Below are positions 46,220 through 56,310 of a DNA stretch of 64,000 bases, piece after piece. Every line of letters begins with the position of its first letter. The first letter of the stretch is position 1. Both the position numbers and the translations under genes were made by a program. This stretch comes from an archaeon. Its GTDB lineage: Archaea; Nanobdellota; Nanobdellia; Pacearchaeales; GW2011-AR1. The stretch covers positions 163 to 64,162 of the forward strand of contig JBDRJD010000008.1 of assembly GCA_043815245.1 (NCBI GenBank), written 5' to 3'. The notes under the pieces are model-generated. The model did not search any database, was not told where the DNA came from, and worked only from the letters and a program-made list of their open reading frames with translations.

Positions 46220-46612
46220 TTAGTATGAACAGGTTATTAGGACCATCTGTCTTTGCCCCCCACAACTATCCTCTGAAACCATAAAACTAGCAGTCCTATA
46301 AACTTCATTTGGATGGCTACCGGGACAACTGGTTAGGCCATATATGCCTGCTCCACCACAATGAGTATATCCCACTACAATAGTCTCTCCACTACTTTCA
46401 GCTACTGTTAAAATATTACCCAAAGTTGTATCCAAATCAGCATCATTAGAAGTAGTCGGGTCAGTTACAGTAATCTCACCCCCTGTATGGCCCATTACAT
46501 TAGGCTGACTCCCTCCAAAAGCATAAACTACAAGCGCTCCTGAGATTAAAAAAAGCAAAGCTAGTAAAGTATATAGGGCTTTATTTGAAAAAACTATCTT
46601 CACCTCTTTCAT
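46220..46612 (-). CDS. Small secreted Cys-rich protein, paralog 3 of the conserved-leader family
   Basis: 130 aa. Leader MKEVKIVFSNKALYTLLALLFLISGALVVYA, then NVMGHTGGEITV. 5 Cys. Confidence 0.6.
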   Translation of the reverse strand: MKEVKIVFSNKALYTLLALLFLISGALVVYAFGGSQPNVMGHTGGEITVTDPTTSNDADLDTTLGNILTVAESSGETIVVGYTHCGGAGIYGLTSCPGSHPNEVYRTASFMVSEDSCGGQRQMVLITCSY

Positions 46613-46658
46613 ATTAAAAATTGGATTCTTATCCTTTTATATCTTTTGATTAATAAAC

Positions 46659-46666
46659 TTTTAAAA
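46659..46666 (+). promoter_or_regulatory. TATA box for tRNA-Met/Ile2
   Basis: ttttaaaa centred about 26 nt upstream of the tRNA 5' end (46688). Confidence 0.5.
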
Positions 46667-46687
46667 GGCTTATTTCCTGCTATTCTT

Positions 46688-46760
46688 GGCTCTGTAGCTC
46701 AGCGGTTAGAGCGCTGCTCTCATAAGGCAGAAGTCGAGAGTTCAACTCTCTCCAGAGCCA
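46688..46760 (+). tRNA. tRNA with CAU anticodon (elongator Met or Ile2)
   Basis: GGCTCTG-TA-GCTC-AGCGGTTA-GAGC-G-CTGCT-CTCATAA-GGCAG-AAGTC-GAGAG-TTCAACT-CTCTC-CAGAGCC-A. No initiator-type GGG/CCC anticodon stem. No encoded CCA. Confidence 0.85.
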
Positions 46761-46794
46761 TAAAACTTAAAAACTAATTTCATAAATAAGAAAT

Positions 46795-47043
46795 ATGGGA
46801 TTTTGGGAGTTTACAGGAAAAAATGATAATTACATGGCAGTTAGGGAGATGAGTAGATTAGAACCTAGAGACAAATATTATTATGGAGTTAGGATTACAA
46901 ATAATATAAGAACTACTTATTATGTTATTGATTTAGATTCTTTAAAAATAAATGGTGCCCATCCTGATGGATTAACTGGAGAATTAGAGTTTAAGATTAG
47001 GGCTGAGAAAGCCCCCCCCTACACAAAAAGCAAAAATAATTAG
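46795..47043 (+). CDS. Hypothetical protein (82 aa)
   Basis: ATG ORF with no recognisable motif. Confidence 0.35.
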   Translation: MGFWEFTGKNDNYMAVREMSRLEPRDKYYYGVRITNNIRTTYYVIDLDSLKINGAHPDGLTGELEFKIRAEKAPPYTKSKNN

Positions 47044-47106
47044 AAAAGAAGCTAAGAGGTTAGTTTTAATAAAATTAAGGGATAGAAAAGCAGAAAGATC
47101 AGCTAA

Positions 47107-47916
47107 TTAACGTTTAATATCTCTCCAGCTTTTCTTAGTCTTCTTTAATTTTGCAAGTGAAGGCTGCAAATCCTCAAAAGTAGGCCTTTCCTTTTGATAG
47201 AAAATTCCTAAAGGAATTTTTTCCACCTTATTGTAATCAAATTCTTCCGCTTTCTTCATAGCTTCTTGCAAGTCAGTCTTATCGTGGTCCTTCATCATAT
47301 AAGTTTTCTCCTTATAACCAGGATCAGGATGAAAAATCAGACAAGGCTGAATAACTTCAATGAATGCAAACCCTTTATGTTTTAATGCCTCTTCTACTAC
47401 CTCTTGAACTTGTTTTACATCTGCAAATACTCTTGCTACAAATGAAGCTCCTACAGAAAGCATTAACTTAACGGGATTTAAAGACTCAAGCTTCACTCCT
47501 AAAGGGGTAGTTTTATCTATAAATCCTTTTTCAGTAACCGGCGTAGGCTGTCCAACTGTAAGGGCAAATACCTGATTATTATGAACTATATACTTAAAAT
47601 CAGAGTTATACCTAGCAGCATGAACTAAATGCGCAATTCCTTCTGCATACGCATCTCCATCACCACTAAAGCCCACTACATTCAGATTAGGATTTCCCAC
47701 TTTTAATCCAAGGCAAACCGGCAAGACTCTTCCATGCAAGCTATTCAATCCGGGAAGATTAAGGTAGTCATAGATTTTAGCATGGCATCCAATTCCAGAT
47801 ACAATTGCAGTATCTCCTTTTTGCTTTTGAAGCACGTTCTTAACTCCAGCTAAAATCTGAAAATTCCAGCAGCCAGGACACCAAGTCGGCTTTACATTTG
47901 TATTTAAATTTTTCAT
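47107..47916 (-). CDS. 2-oxoacid:ferredoxin oxidoreductase beta subunit (TPP-binding)
   Basis: 269 aa. WCPGCWNFQIL and GFSGDGDAYAEGIAH motifs. Confidence 0.85.
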   Translation of the reverse strand: MKNLNTNVKPTWCPGCWNFQILAGVKNVLQKQKGDTAIVSGIGCHAKIYDYLNLPGLNSLHGRVLPVCLGLKVGNPNLNVVGFSGDGDAYAEGIAHLVHAARYNSDFKYIVHNNQVFALTVGQPTPVTEKGFIDKTTPLGVKLESLNPVKLMLSVGASFVARVFADVKQVQEVVEEALKHKGFAFIEVIQPCLIFHPDPGYKEKTYMMKDHDKTDLQEAMKKAEEFDYNKVEKIPLGIFYQKERPTFEDLQPSLAKLKKTKKSWRDIKR

Positions 47917-48326
47917 ATTTTAGCTCCTCTTTTTACAAACCAGGTGTTTGTATCCTTTCTGAAACCTGCTCTTTTGTAAAGTTTATCTGCTCGTTTATTT
48001 AAAGACCCAATATACCACTTCACCTCAGGATACTCCCTTACACATCTCCTCACTAACTCCTTACCAATTCCTTTGCTTTGAAAATCTTTTTTTACAGCAA
48101 GACTAAATATTGCACCATTTCTTATTTTATCAGTTAGTCCAAGAACAGCACCCACTAATTCTTTCCCACTCCACGCAGATATAACTACTGTTGAATTCTG
48201 GTGTTTCTTTGAAAGCGACTTCCCTTTATCTTTTATATCTTTTTTCTCAATCCATCCAACTGATTTATACAACTCGAAAAGTTGACCTGGATTAATCCTA
48301 CTCGTATTCTTATACGTTATTTTCAT
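47913..48326 (-). CDS. GNAT-family N-acetyltransferase
   Basis: 137 aa. Acetyl-CoA motif FQSKGIGKELV. 4-nt overlaps with both flanking oxidoreductase genes. Confidence 0.7.
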   Translation of the reverse strand: MKITYKNTSRINPGQLFELYKSVGWIEKKDIKDKGKSLSKKHQNSTVVISAWSGKELVGAVLGLTDKIRNGAIFSLAVKKDFQSKGIGKELVRRCVREYPEVKWYIGSLNKRADKLYKRAGFRKDTNTWFVKRGAKI

Positions 48327-49807
48327 ATTAACTTCTTAATCTCCTCCTTTAATTCGTCAGCTAAGAATGGTCTTGAATCATATCTTAGTATTTTCTGATC
48401 AATACTAATTCCAGTTTTTTCAGCTATTACTTCTCCTAACTGGCCCGTCGCATTATTCTCAATTAAAATCACATTCTTACCTTTCAACAATCTTGAAATG
48501 TCTGGAAAAGGTTCAATATAAAGAATCTGTAAAAAACCTGCATTCACCCCATTAAGAGCATCCAAAATAGCCCCCTTTGTACTCCCCCACCCCACTACAA
48601 GATTCTTACTAGTTTTTCTTCCATGCAACTTATACATTTGAAACTTCTTAGCTTCTTTAATTATTTCTTTTCGAGTTTTTAGTCTCCTCTCTACACTCTT
48701 TTTAATTCCTTCAGCATCGTCTGTAGCAATTCCTTGTACATTATGCTCATAACTATTATACTTTTGGAGCCTAGTCAGTTTTACAGATTTAGTGATTTTT
48801 GGTTTTTCTAAAAAAGTAAAGGAACTTTCAGCAAGATGCTTATCACTTATCACGATTGTAGGAATTTTAAATTTCTGGGAAAAATAAAATGCTTCACTTA
48901 CTTTTTCCTGACACTCAACAGGATCTCCAGGCGCGAGTAAGACTCTATTAAACTCTCCGTGCCCTGAATGTCTAGCCATTTGCAAATCCCCTTGCATAGT
49001 ATAAGTTGGCACCCCTGAACCAGGACCTGGCCTTTGAGCAAGATATAAAACTAAAGGTACTTCAGCCATTCCAGCCATACTAACAGCTTCAGTCATTAAA
49101 TCAAAACCCCCTCCTGAACTCCCAGCCATAGCCTTGGCCCCTGTAATTGCACTCCCTATTGTAGCATTTACAACTGAAATCTCGTTTTCAAGCTCAATAG
49201 TAAGAAAATTATCTTTTTCCTGACAAGAAGCAAGTTCATTTAACAAAGGAGTTGCAGGAGTCATAGGATAAGCATAATAAACATCTAATCCAGATTTTAC
49301 CGCCCCTTCAGCAATCCCCTTACTTCCAGACATAAAACTCTTTGATTTTTTACTAGCGGCCATAGCCCCACACAACTTACATTCCTTGCCTTCTGAATAC
49401 CCTTTCTTCGCCAGAATTATATTCTCCTTATACCTTTTCTTTAACTTTTTAAGTTCAGAATCAAGAACATCAAAACTTAACCCGATAGCTTTAAACAATC
49501 TACCAGCAAAATACATATTCTCCCCACCATTCCTAATAATCATCCCGCCTTTTTTTAACTCATTTTTATGAATTTTCTCAGTTTGCTCATCTAAAGCCAC
49601 TATTAAATCAATCTTACTGTCATTACTAAAAACCACTTCATCTGAAAAAGTCACAACATTAAAGTTATGCCCACCTCTAATCAAACTCTGATAATCTCTA
49701 GAATAAAATACATTATACCCCTCACTAACTAACGCTCTGCTTAAAACCTCTGCCAGTATATTCGGCCCCTGCCCCGCCTTCCCACCAACTAAAATATTTA
49801 ACCTCAT
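48323..49807 (-). CDS. 2-oxoacid:ferredoxin oxidoreductase gamma-alpha fusion subunit
   Basis: 494 aa. Gamma-type N-terminus MRLNILVGGKAGQGPNILAEVL, then an alpha domain GIAEGAVKSGLDVYYAYPMTPATPLL. Confidence 0.8.
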   Translation of the reverse strand: MRLNILVGGKAGQGPNILAEVLSRALVSEGYNVFYSRDYQSLIRGGHNFNVVTFSDEVVFSNDSKIDLIVALDEQTEKIHKNELKKGGMIIRNGGENMYFAGRLFKAIGLSFDVLDSELKKLKKRYKENIILAKKGYSEGKECKLCGAMAASKKSKSFMSGSKGIAEGAVKSGLDVYYAYPMTPATPLLNELASCQEKDNFLTIELENEISVVNATIGSAITGAKAMAGSSGGGFDLMTEAVSMAGMAEVPLVLYLAQRPGPGSGVPTYTMQGDLQMARHSGHGEFNRVLLAPGDPVECQEKVSEAFYFSQKFKIPTIVISDKHLAESSFTFLEKPKITKSVKLTRLQKYNSYEHNVQGIATDDAEGIKKSVERRLKTRKEIIKEAKKFQMYKLHGRKTSKNLVVGWGSTKGAILDALNGVNAGFLQILYIEPFPDISRLLKGKNVILIENNATGQLGEVIAEKTGISIDQKILRYDSRPFLADELKEEIKKLI

Positions 49808-49855
49808 TTTCTAAGTTATAATCAAAGAAACAAAAAGGGATATATAAATATTTGT

Positions 49856-50713
49856 CTAAATTCTTAATAAGATAACCCCAATAACAGACAATAAAACCAA
49901 ACTAAATTGCTTTAAACTAAGCTCCTCCTTATACACAATTCTCGCCAAAATTACAGTAACTACAACAAAATTTGGATGAATTGCAGCCACTAAAGACAGG
50001 GGTCCTTTTTCTAAGGCAGATAAAAATGAAAAAAATCCGGCAAAATTAACAACTCCAATCAAAAGACCCATTTTAATAGAATCCCTTTTAGGAGCTTTTT
50101 TAGCATTTCTCCTCTCAACCACTTCATAAGAAACAAAAGAGATTAATATTAAAAGAATATACGAAACAAGAATAAAAAAACCTGTTTCTGAGTTTAAAGA
50201 CGCAAACTTATTCGAAATTACAACAGTTGCGCCAAACGGTATAGAAAGAAAAGCAAACAAAAAGCCTTTTTTGCTTTTCGAATAGTCTTTTTGCTTTTTA
50301 GATTGGCCGTGTATTAAAGTCACTGCAATAATAATCAAAGCAACACCAAGAATCTGATAAAACTCTAAAACTTCTTTAAAAAATACTAATGCAAAAAAAA
50401 TCACAAGAATCACTTCACTTGAAGTGATTGGAAAAACTTTGTTTGTAGGAAGATACTGCAGGGCTTTCATCTGGATTATCGTTTTAGAGTAAAACGCAAT
50501 TGCAAAAATAAGCCCGATAATAAAAGTTATCAAAAGATTTGTAAAAGTTATGCCTTCAAATAAAAATAAGATAAGAGCAAAAAATGCTACAGTGATCATG
50601 AAACTTAAAGTCACAACAAACTTATCACAACCTTTTTTCATAGCTCCCTTATACAAGAAGCTCTGGATTCCAAACATTACTGTTGCAAATATAGAAAAAA
50701 TAAACCACTCCAT
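49856..50713 (-). CDS. EamA/DMT-family transporter
   Basis: 285 aa, 10 TM helices in a two-repeat layout. Confidence 0.6.
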   Translation of the reverse strand: MEWFIFSIFATVMFGIQSFLYKGAMKKGCDKFVVTLSFMITVAFFALILFLFEGITFTNLLITFIIGLIFAIAFYSKTIIQMKALQYLPTNKVFPITSSEVILVIFFALVFFKEVLEFYQILGVALIIIAVTLIHGQSKKQKDYSKSKKGFLFAFLSIPFGATVVISNKFASLNSETGFFILVSYILLILISFVSYEVVERRNAKKAPKRDSIKMGLLIGVVNFAGFFSFLSALEKGPLSLVAAIHPNFVVVTVILARIVYKEELSLKQFSLVLLSVIGVILLRI

Positions 50714-50714
50714 T

Positions 50715-52640
50715 TCAGCCAGCCTTTATGATCCTCTTGATTTTATCAACACTTTCAGGATTAACTAAAGTAGTCACATTTCCTGCATCTTCTCCCTTAA
50801 GTAAAGCCTTCAAAATTCTTCTCATTGTTTTTCCAGATCTAGTCTTAGGCAAATCATCCACGTAGTAAATTTTATGGGGACGAGCTATCGGCCCTATTTC
50901 CTTCATAATCAGGCCAGTTATTCCCTTATCATCTACTTTTCCCTTAGCTTTAACAAACACTACCGGGACCTCTCCCTTCAACTTATCAGGCATTCCAACA
51001 ACAGCAGCTTCTGAGACATTCTTATGCCGAATAACAGCATCTTCCATCTCCCCTGTAGAAATCCTATGTCCGGCAACTTTCATTACATCATCAGTCCTCC
51101 CTAAAATCCTAAAATACTTTCCATCAAAAACAGCAGCATCTCCTGTAACATAATACTTCCTCATACCTTTTACCCCTTCTAAAGTCCAATATTTTTCCTT
51201 ATACTTTTTCTTATCTCCCCAAACCCCCCTTAACATCCCTGGTGCAAATGGAGGTAATTGAACTAAATAACCTTCCCCTTTTTTCTTAATCTTTCCAGTA
51301 TTCTCATCAATAACAGCATGCCTTGTCCCTGGAAAACTCTTACAAGCATAAGCCGGAATAAAAGGACCTATTCCAGGAAGAGAATTAATTAAAGTAGCTC
51401 CTGTTTCAGTCTGCCACCAAGTATCTATCACAGGACAGTTTTTACTTCCAATTTTATCAAAATACCAACTCCATGTAGAATTATCAATTGGCTCCCCTAC
51501 GCTGCCTAAAATTCTTAAGCTTGAAAGATTATACTTTTTAGGCCACCCATTCCCCCATAGCTTAAACATCCTGATTGCAGTTGGTGCAGTGTAAAACACA
51601 CTAACTTTTTCCTTCTCAACAGTTTCCCAACAAATGCCTTCATGCGGAAAATTAATCATCCCCTCAAATATCAGAGTTGTAGCACCATTTAACAAAGGCC
51701 CATAAACAATATAAGTATGTCCTGTGACCCACCCAACATCCGCAGTGCACCACATTACATCATCGTCATGTAAATTAAAATTGTACTTACAAGTAAGATA
51801 AGCCTGAGTCGCATAGCCCCCTGTTTCATGTATAATTCCTTTTGGCTTTCCAGTAGTTCCGCTTGTATAAAGAAGGAATAAAGGCTGCTCCGAAGAAAAA
51901 GCCTCTGCCTTGTTCTCAGAATTAACTTTTTTTATTTCTTCATGATACCAAGATTCTCCTTTCTGTAACTTATCTCCACTATCTACTCTCCTAACTACAA
52001 TTATTTCTTTCACAGAAGTATCTTTTCTTGCTATTCTTGCTTTTTCAAGTAAATTTTCTTTCTTTCCTTTTCTAAAATAACCGTCACTAGTAACTAACAG
52101 CTTAGCCTTGCCATCTTGCAATCTCGCTTTTAGTGCTTCTGCACTAAAAGCTGAAAAAACAACAGAATGAATTGCACCAATCCTTGCACAAGCCAGCATA
52201 AAATATGCCGCTTCTGGAATCATAGGCAAGTAAATCCCAACTACATCTCCTTTTTGTACACCTTTTTTTTGCAGTAAATTAGCAGTTTTGCAAACATGCT
52301 TATGTAACTCCTTATAGCTTATTCTCAGTGTTTTATTGCCTATAGGCTCTGGCTTCCAGATAATAGCAGTTTTATCCCCCTTCCCTTCGTTTACATGTCT
52401 ATCAACAGCATTATAACATAAATTAATTTTTCCATTTAAAAACCACTTGAAAAACGGGAGCCTTTCTTCATAAGCTTTTGTCCACTTTTTCTCCCAAACA
52501 AGATTTTCAGCTGCTTTTTCCCAAAACTTAATTGGATTTTTTTCAGCTTCCTTGTATATTTCTTCATCAGAAACCCAGGCTTCTTTTTTCAGTTCTTCTG
52601 AAGGCCAGTAAAATTTATCCTTTTTAATTATTTTTTTCAT
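50715..52640 (-). CDS. acs: Acetyl-CoA synthetase (AMP-forming)
   Basis: 641 aa. LLYTSGTTGKPKG AMP-binding motif, WWQTETG, and C-terminal PKTRSGKTMRR. Confidence 0.9.
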   Translation of the reverse strand: MKKIIKKDKFYWPSEELKKEAWVSDEEIYKEAEKNPIKFWEKAAENLVWEKKWTKAYEERLPFFKWFLNGKINLCYNAVDRHVNEGKGDKTAIIWKPEPIGNKTLRISYKELHKHVCKTANLLQKKGVQKGDVVGIYLPMIPEAAYFMLACARIGAIHSVVFSAFSAEALKARLQDGKAKLLVTSDGYFRKGKKENLLEKARIARKDTSVKEIIVVRRVDSGDKLQKGESWYHEEIKKVNSENKAEAFSSEQPLFLLYTSGTTGKPKGIIHETGGYATQAYLTCKYNFNLHDDDVMWCTADVGWVTGHTYIVYGPLLNGATTLIFEGMINFPHEGICWETVEKEKVSVFYTAPTAIRMFKLWGNGWPKKYNLSSLRILGSVGEPIDNSTWSWYFDKIGSKNCPVIDTWWQTETGATLINSLPGIGPFIPAYACKSFPGTRHAVIDENTGKIKKKGEGYLVQLPPFAPGMLRGVWGDKKKYKEKYWTLEGVKGMRKYYVTGDAAVFDGKYFRILGRTDDVMKVAGHRISTGEMEDAVIRHKNVSEAAVVGMPDKLKGEVPVVFVKAKGKVDDKGITGLIMKEIGPIARPHKIYYVDDLPKTRSGKTMRRILKALLKGEDAGNVTTLVNPESVDKIKRIIKAG

Positions 52641-53479
52641 TGTTTTAATCTCTCCAGTTCCTTCACAACTTTTTCATCACAATTGTACTCTCCGAGCTTG
52701 TGCGTTCCAGTGAGCTTGGTTAAAATGCTCCCATGAAAATCACTACCCGAAGTCAATATTAAATTATATTTTTTAGCCATTTTCCTTATTTCCTTAACAA
52801 ACTCTTTTGTCCTTCCCACATTATTCTCCTCACCATTCTCAACTTCAACTCCTTTCAAGCCCGCTTTTATCCATCTCCTAATATTTTTTTCAGTAAACCC
52901 TCGCTTAAACAACCACGGATGCGCCAATACAGGCACCCCCCCACACTCTTTTACCAACCTTATACCGTCAATCACCTTTAAATGCTTTTTCCCTCCAACC
53001 TTGACTTTCATGTTTGCAATTATCTCCTTTGATTCTTCTAAAGAAATCTTTTCCTTCCTAATTAAAAACATGAACAAATGAGCAGTATTATAATTCCCTT
53101 TTGAATGTGGAAAGTCTTTTTCTAGCTTGGAATAAGAAATATTAAAACCCATTTTTTTAAGCAGATATACCCTTTTCTTCAACTTTTTATTTTCACAAAA
53201 AGCACATTTTCTCAACTCTGCTTTTAACTTCTTATTTTTATAGTCAATAAAATATCCCAACACTTCTGTTCCTTTCACAATAACTTCAACAGCGGGAATT
53301 ACTCTCACCCCTATTTTCTTACCCTCTTTAACAGCTTCCTCAACACCATTTACAGAAGCATGATCTGTCAGAGCTAAATTTTTTATGCCTTTCTTCTTAG
53401 CCAGCCTAACTAACTCAGCTGGAGAATAATCTCCATCAGAATAATAACTGTGAGTGTGTAAGTCAGCATTTTTGGCCAT
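52637..53479 (-). CDS. PHP-domain phosphoesterase
   Basis: 280 aa. ADLHTHSYYSDG and LALTDHASVNG metal-binding motifs. 4-nt overlap with acs. Confidence 0.75.
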   Translation of the reverse strand: MAKNADLHTHSYYSDGDYSPAELVRLAKKKGIKNLALTDHASVNGVEEAVKEGKKIGVRVIPAVEVIVKGTEVLGYFIDYKNKKLKAELRKCAFCENKKLKKRVYLLKKMGFNISYSKLEKDFPHSKGNYNTAHLFMFLIRKEKISLEESKEIIANMKVKVGGKKHLKVIDGIRLVKECGGVPVLAHPWLFKRGFTEKNIRRWIKAGLKGVEVENGEENNVGRTKEFVKEIRKMAKKYNLILTSGSDFHGSILTKLTGTHKLGEYNCDEKVVKELERLKQ

Positions 53480-53494
53480 CTTTTTTTAAAAACC

Positions 53495-55450
53495 TTATTG
53501 CAACAATAAAGCTAATAATAAAGCTACTACACTAATCAGCTTTATAAGTATATTCAAAGCAGGTCCAGAAGTATCTTTTAAAGGATCACCAACAGTATCT
53601 CCTACAACAGCTGCCTTATGCGCTTCACTCCCCTTCCCACCTAAATTTCCTGCTTCAATGTATTTCTTTGCATTATCTAAAGCCCCTCCAGCATTAGCCA
53701 TAAATAAAGCTAATAAGAAACCAGAAGCAATAGTTCCAGCAAGCAATCCGCCAACAGCCTCTGCTCCAAGTAAGTAATAAATCACAATCGGAGCTAAAAT
53801 TGCAATTGCAACAGGAAGAATCATCTCTCTCAGCGAAGCATGAGTAGTAATTGCAATAACTCTATCATAATTTGGCTTTTTCTTTCCTGATCTAATAGCC
53901 TTATCTTTAAACTGGCTTCTTACCTCATCTATAATTCCAGAAGCAGCTTTTCTAACTGCTTTCATAGTAAACGCAGAAAATACAAATGGCAGTAAAGCTC
54001 CAATAAACAAAGCCACCATCACACTTGTATTCAGCAAATTAATTGATTCAATTTCTGCAACTTGAGAATAACTTGCAAATAATGCTAATGCTGTTAGTGC
54101 TGCTGAACCTATAGCAAAACCCTTTCCAATTGCAGCAGTAGTATTGCCTACTTCATCTAGTGCCTCAGCTCTTTCCCTTACCTTCTTACCTAAACCAGCC
54201 ATCTCAGCAATACCTGCAGCATTATCAGCTACAGGCCCATAAGTATCTGCTGCCAGTGTAACTCCTAAAAGGGATAACATCCCAACAGCAGCTATGCTAA
54301 CTCCATATAACCCTGCAAAAAAATACGCAAAATATATTGCTAGACAAACTATCACTACAGGGATGATACTAGAAAGCATCCCAATTGCTAATCCTTGAGT
54401 AACATTAGAAGCTGCTCCTGTCTGGCTTGCAAGAGCAATTGATCTGGTAGGTTTTAATTTTGCAGAAGTATAATACTCAGTGCTCCACCCAATTACAATT
54501 CCTGCAACCATCCCGATTACAACAACATAAAAATACTCTAAGTGCCCTATATAGTAACTAATTGCAAAGACCGCTATTGCCATTAAAATAGCAGCAGCAT
54601 AAATCGGCTTATTTAAGGCAGAGTATACATTTTTAACCCCTCCTAAAAAGAATGTTCCAATAATGCTTGCAAGTATTCCGACAGCAGCAATTATTAAAGG
54701 AAAAGTCAGGCTTATACCTCCAACTTCTGGCACTATTATTGCTCCTAAAACCATTGCAGCAATAATACTCTCAACATAACTTTCAAATAAATCAGCACCC
54801 ATTCCTGCAACATCTCCAACATTATCCCCAACATTATCTGCAATTGTAGCAGGATTCCTCGGATCATCCTCTGGGATTCCAGCCTCTACCTTTCCCACAA
54901 TATCAGCGCCAGTATCAGCAGCCTTAGTGTAAATCCCCCCTCCAACTCTAGCAAATAAAGCAATTGCGCTTGCCCCAAAACCAAAACCATAAATTATTTC
55001 CGGATCTTGAAAAATTATATATAACACAGAAACTCCAAACAACCCAAAACCCACCACAGACATTGCCATGACTATTCCTGATGAATAAGCTACTTTTAAT
55101 CCTGATTTCAGATCTCTTTTAACAGCATTAGCAGTCCTAGCATTTGCAGAAGTAGCTACCCTCATACCAAGGTTTCCAGCTAAAGCTGAAAAAATACTTC
55201 CTATAATAAAAGAAACAGCTATCCTCCAGTTTATAAAAGCTAACAAGACTGTAACTATCACCACAAAAACAGAAATAACCTGATACTCTTTTCTTAAAAA
55301 TGTTCTAGCTCCTTTTGCAATTAAATCAGAAATTTCCTGTGTCTTTTTATCTCCTTTTTTCTCTTTTTTGATTTTACCATAAGTATATAGTGCAAAAAGT
55401 ACAGCTATTAAAGAAACTGCAACTACTCCATATAAAAGTGGCTCTACCAT
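53495..55450 (-). CDS. hppA: Membrane-bound ion-translocating pyrophosphatase
   Basis: 651 aa, polytopic. [39 protein letters not shown] and [17 protein letters not shown] motifs. Confidence 0.9.
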   Translation of the reverse strand: MVEPLLYGVVAVSLIAVLFALYTYGKIKKEKKGDKKTQEISDLIAKGARTFLRKEYQVISVFVVIVTVLLAFINWRIAVSFIIGSIFSALAGNLGMRVATSANARTANAVKRDLKSGLKVAYSSGIVMAMSVVGFGLFGVSVLYIIFQDPEIIYGFGFGASAIALFARVGGGIYTKAADTGADIVGKVEAGIPEDDPRNPATIADNVGDNVGDVAGMGADLFESYVESIIAAMVLGAIIVPEVGGISLTFPLIIAAVGILASIIGTFFLGGVKNVYSALNKPIYAAAILMAIAVFAISYYIGHLEYFYVVVIGMVAGIVIGWSTEYYTSAKLKPTRSIALASQTGAASNVTQGLAIGMLSSIIPVVIVCLAIYFAYFFAGLYGVSIAAVGMLSLLGVTLAADTYGPVADNAAGIAEMAGLGKKVRERAEALDEVGNTTAAIGKGFAIGSAALTALALFASYSQVAEIESINLLNTSVMVALFIGALLPFVFSAFTMKAVRKAASGIIDEVRSQFKDKAIRSGKKKPNYDRVIAITTHASLREMILPVAIAILAPIVIYYLLGAEAVGGLLAGTIASGFLLALFMANAGGALDNAKKYIEAGNLGGKGSEAHKAAVVGDTVGDPLKDTSGPALNILIKLISVVALLLALLLQ

Positions 55451-55451
55451 T

Positions 55452-55808
55452 TTAAATTGTCTTGAACTTTACTTTGTCTCCTTTTTTCCTCGGAACTAAA
55501 TGAATATGGCTGTGAAAAACTAGCTGCCCTGCAGCTTCCCCATTATTAACTACAATATTAAACCCCTCAAACCCCTCCTTTAATTTCATCTCAGCTACTT
55601 TTTTAATATCAGCTAGTAGTTCCCCTCCCAAAGCAGAAGGCAAGTCCATCATATTAGTAAAATGCTTTTTTGGAACAATTAAAGTGTGCCCGGGCCCAGT
55701 AGGATTAATATCTAAAAAACACATAAAATTCTCGCTTTCATACTCCAACTCTTTTTCAATATCTTTGTTTGCAATCTTGCAGAATATACATTCCTTTCCC
55801 TCTGTCAT
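55452..55808 (-). CDS. HIT-family nucleotide hydrolase/transferase
   Basis: 118 aa. Histidine triad FHSHIHLVP. The stop lies 1 nt from the hppA start. Confidence 0.8.
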   Translation of the reverse strand: MTEGKECIFCKIANKDIEKELEYESENFMCFLDINPTGPGHTLIVPKKHFTNMMDLPSALGGELLADIKKVAEMKLKEGFEGFNIVVNNGEAAGQLVFHSHIHLVPRKKGDKVKFKTI

Positions 55809-55830
55809 GAAAAATAGTAATATTAGCGAT

Positions 55831-55838
55831 ATTTAAAC
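55831..55838 (-). promoter_or_regulatory. TATA box (GTTTAAAT on the minus strand) for the HIT/hppA transcription unit
   Basis: Centred about 26 nt upstream of the HIT ATG (55808). Same spacing as at least six other genes in the window. Confidence 0.45.
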
Positions 55839-55842
55839 TTTT

Positions 55843-56310
55843 TTATACACAAACTAGGGGCTCTACAGTAAATATAGGTAAGATTTCCTCAGAATCTTCT
55901 CCACCTTCTATTTCATAAATGTCAAAAACAATCAATTTTTTATAACCAATCAAGTCCCGGGAAATAGCAAATGCATGCAAATCATACTGCTTGCCAGGAA
56001 TAATTTCAGGAATATGCTTGCTAGAATCCCTTGAAAGCTCTCCTTTTATCGCCTCACCAAATAAGTCAGTAATATCAAACTCTCTTTTAGGATGGAAATT
56101 CTCAAAATAAATATTATCAAGAGAGATTGCACTAAAAGGAGTTTCTGATAAAAAAGAGTAATTTCTCTTTAAATCTGCAATACCCTCTACCTCCCACCAC
56201 CTTATTGCATTAGCAACTTCCCAATCTTCGCACCCAAGAACTTTGGCCATATAAACATCGTCTACTCTTCTCCCCGCTTCATAATCAAACTCCCCAGTTA
56301 TATCTCTCAT
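55843..56310 (-). CDS. Hypothetical protein, last gene of a four-gene operon
   Basis: 155 aa. ATGA overlap with the upstream AsnB-like gene. No recognisable motif. Confidence 0.5.
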   Translation of the reverse strand: MRDITGEFDYEAGRRVDDVYMAKVLGCEDWEVANAIRWWEVEGIADLKRNYSFLSETPFSAISLDNIYFENFHPKREFDITDLFGEAIKGELSRDSSKHIPEIIPGKQYDLHAFAISRDLIGYKKLIVFDIYEIEGGEDSEEILPIFTVEPLVCV

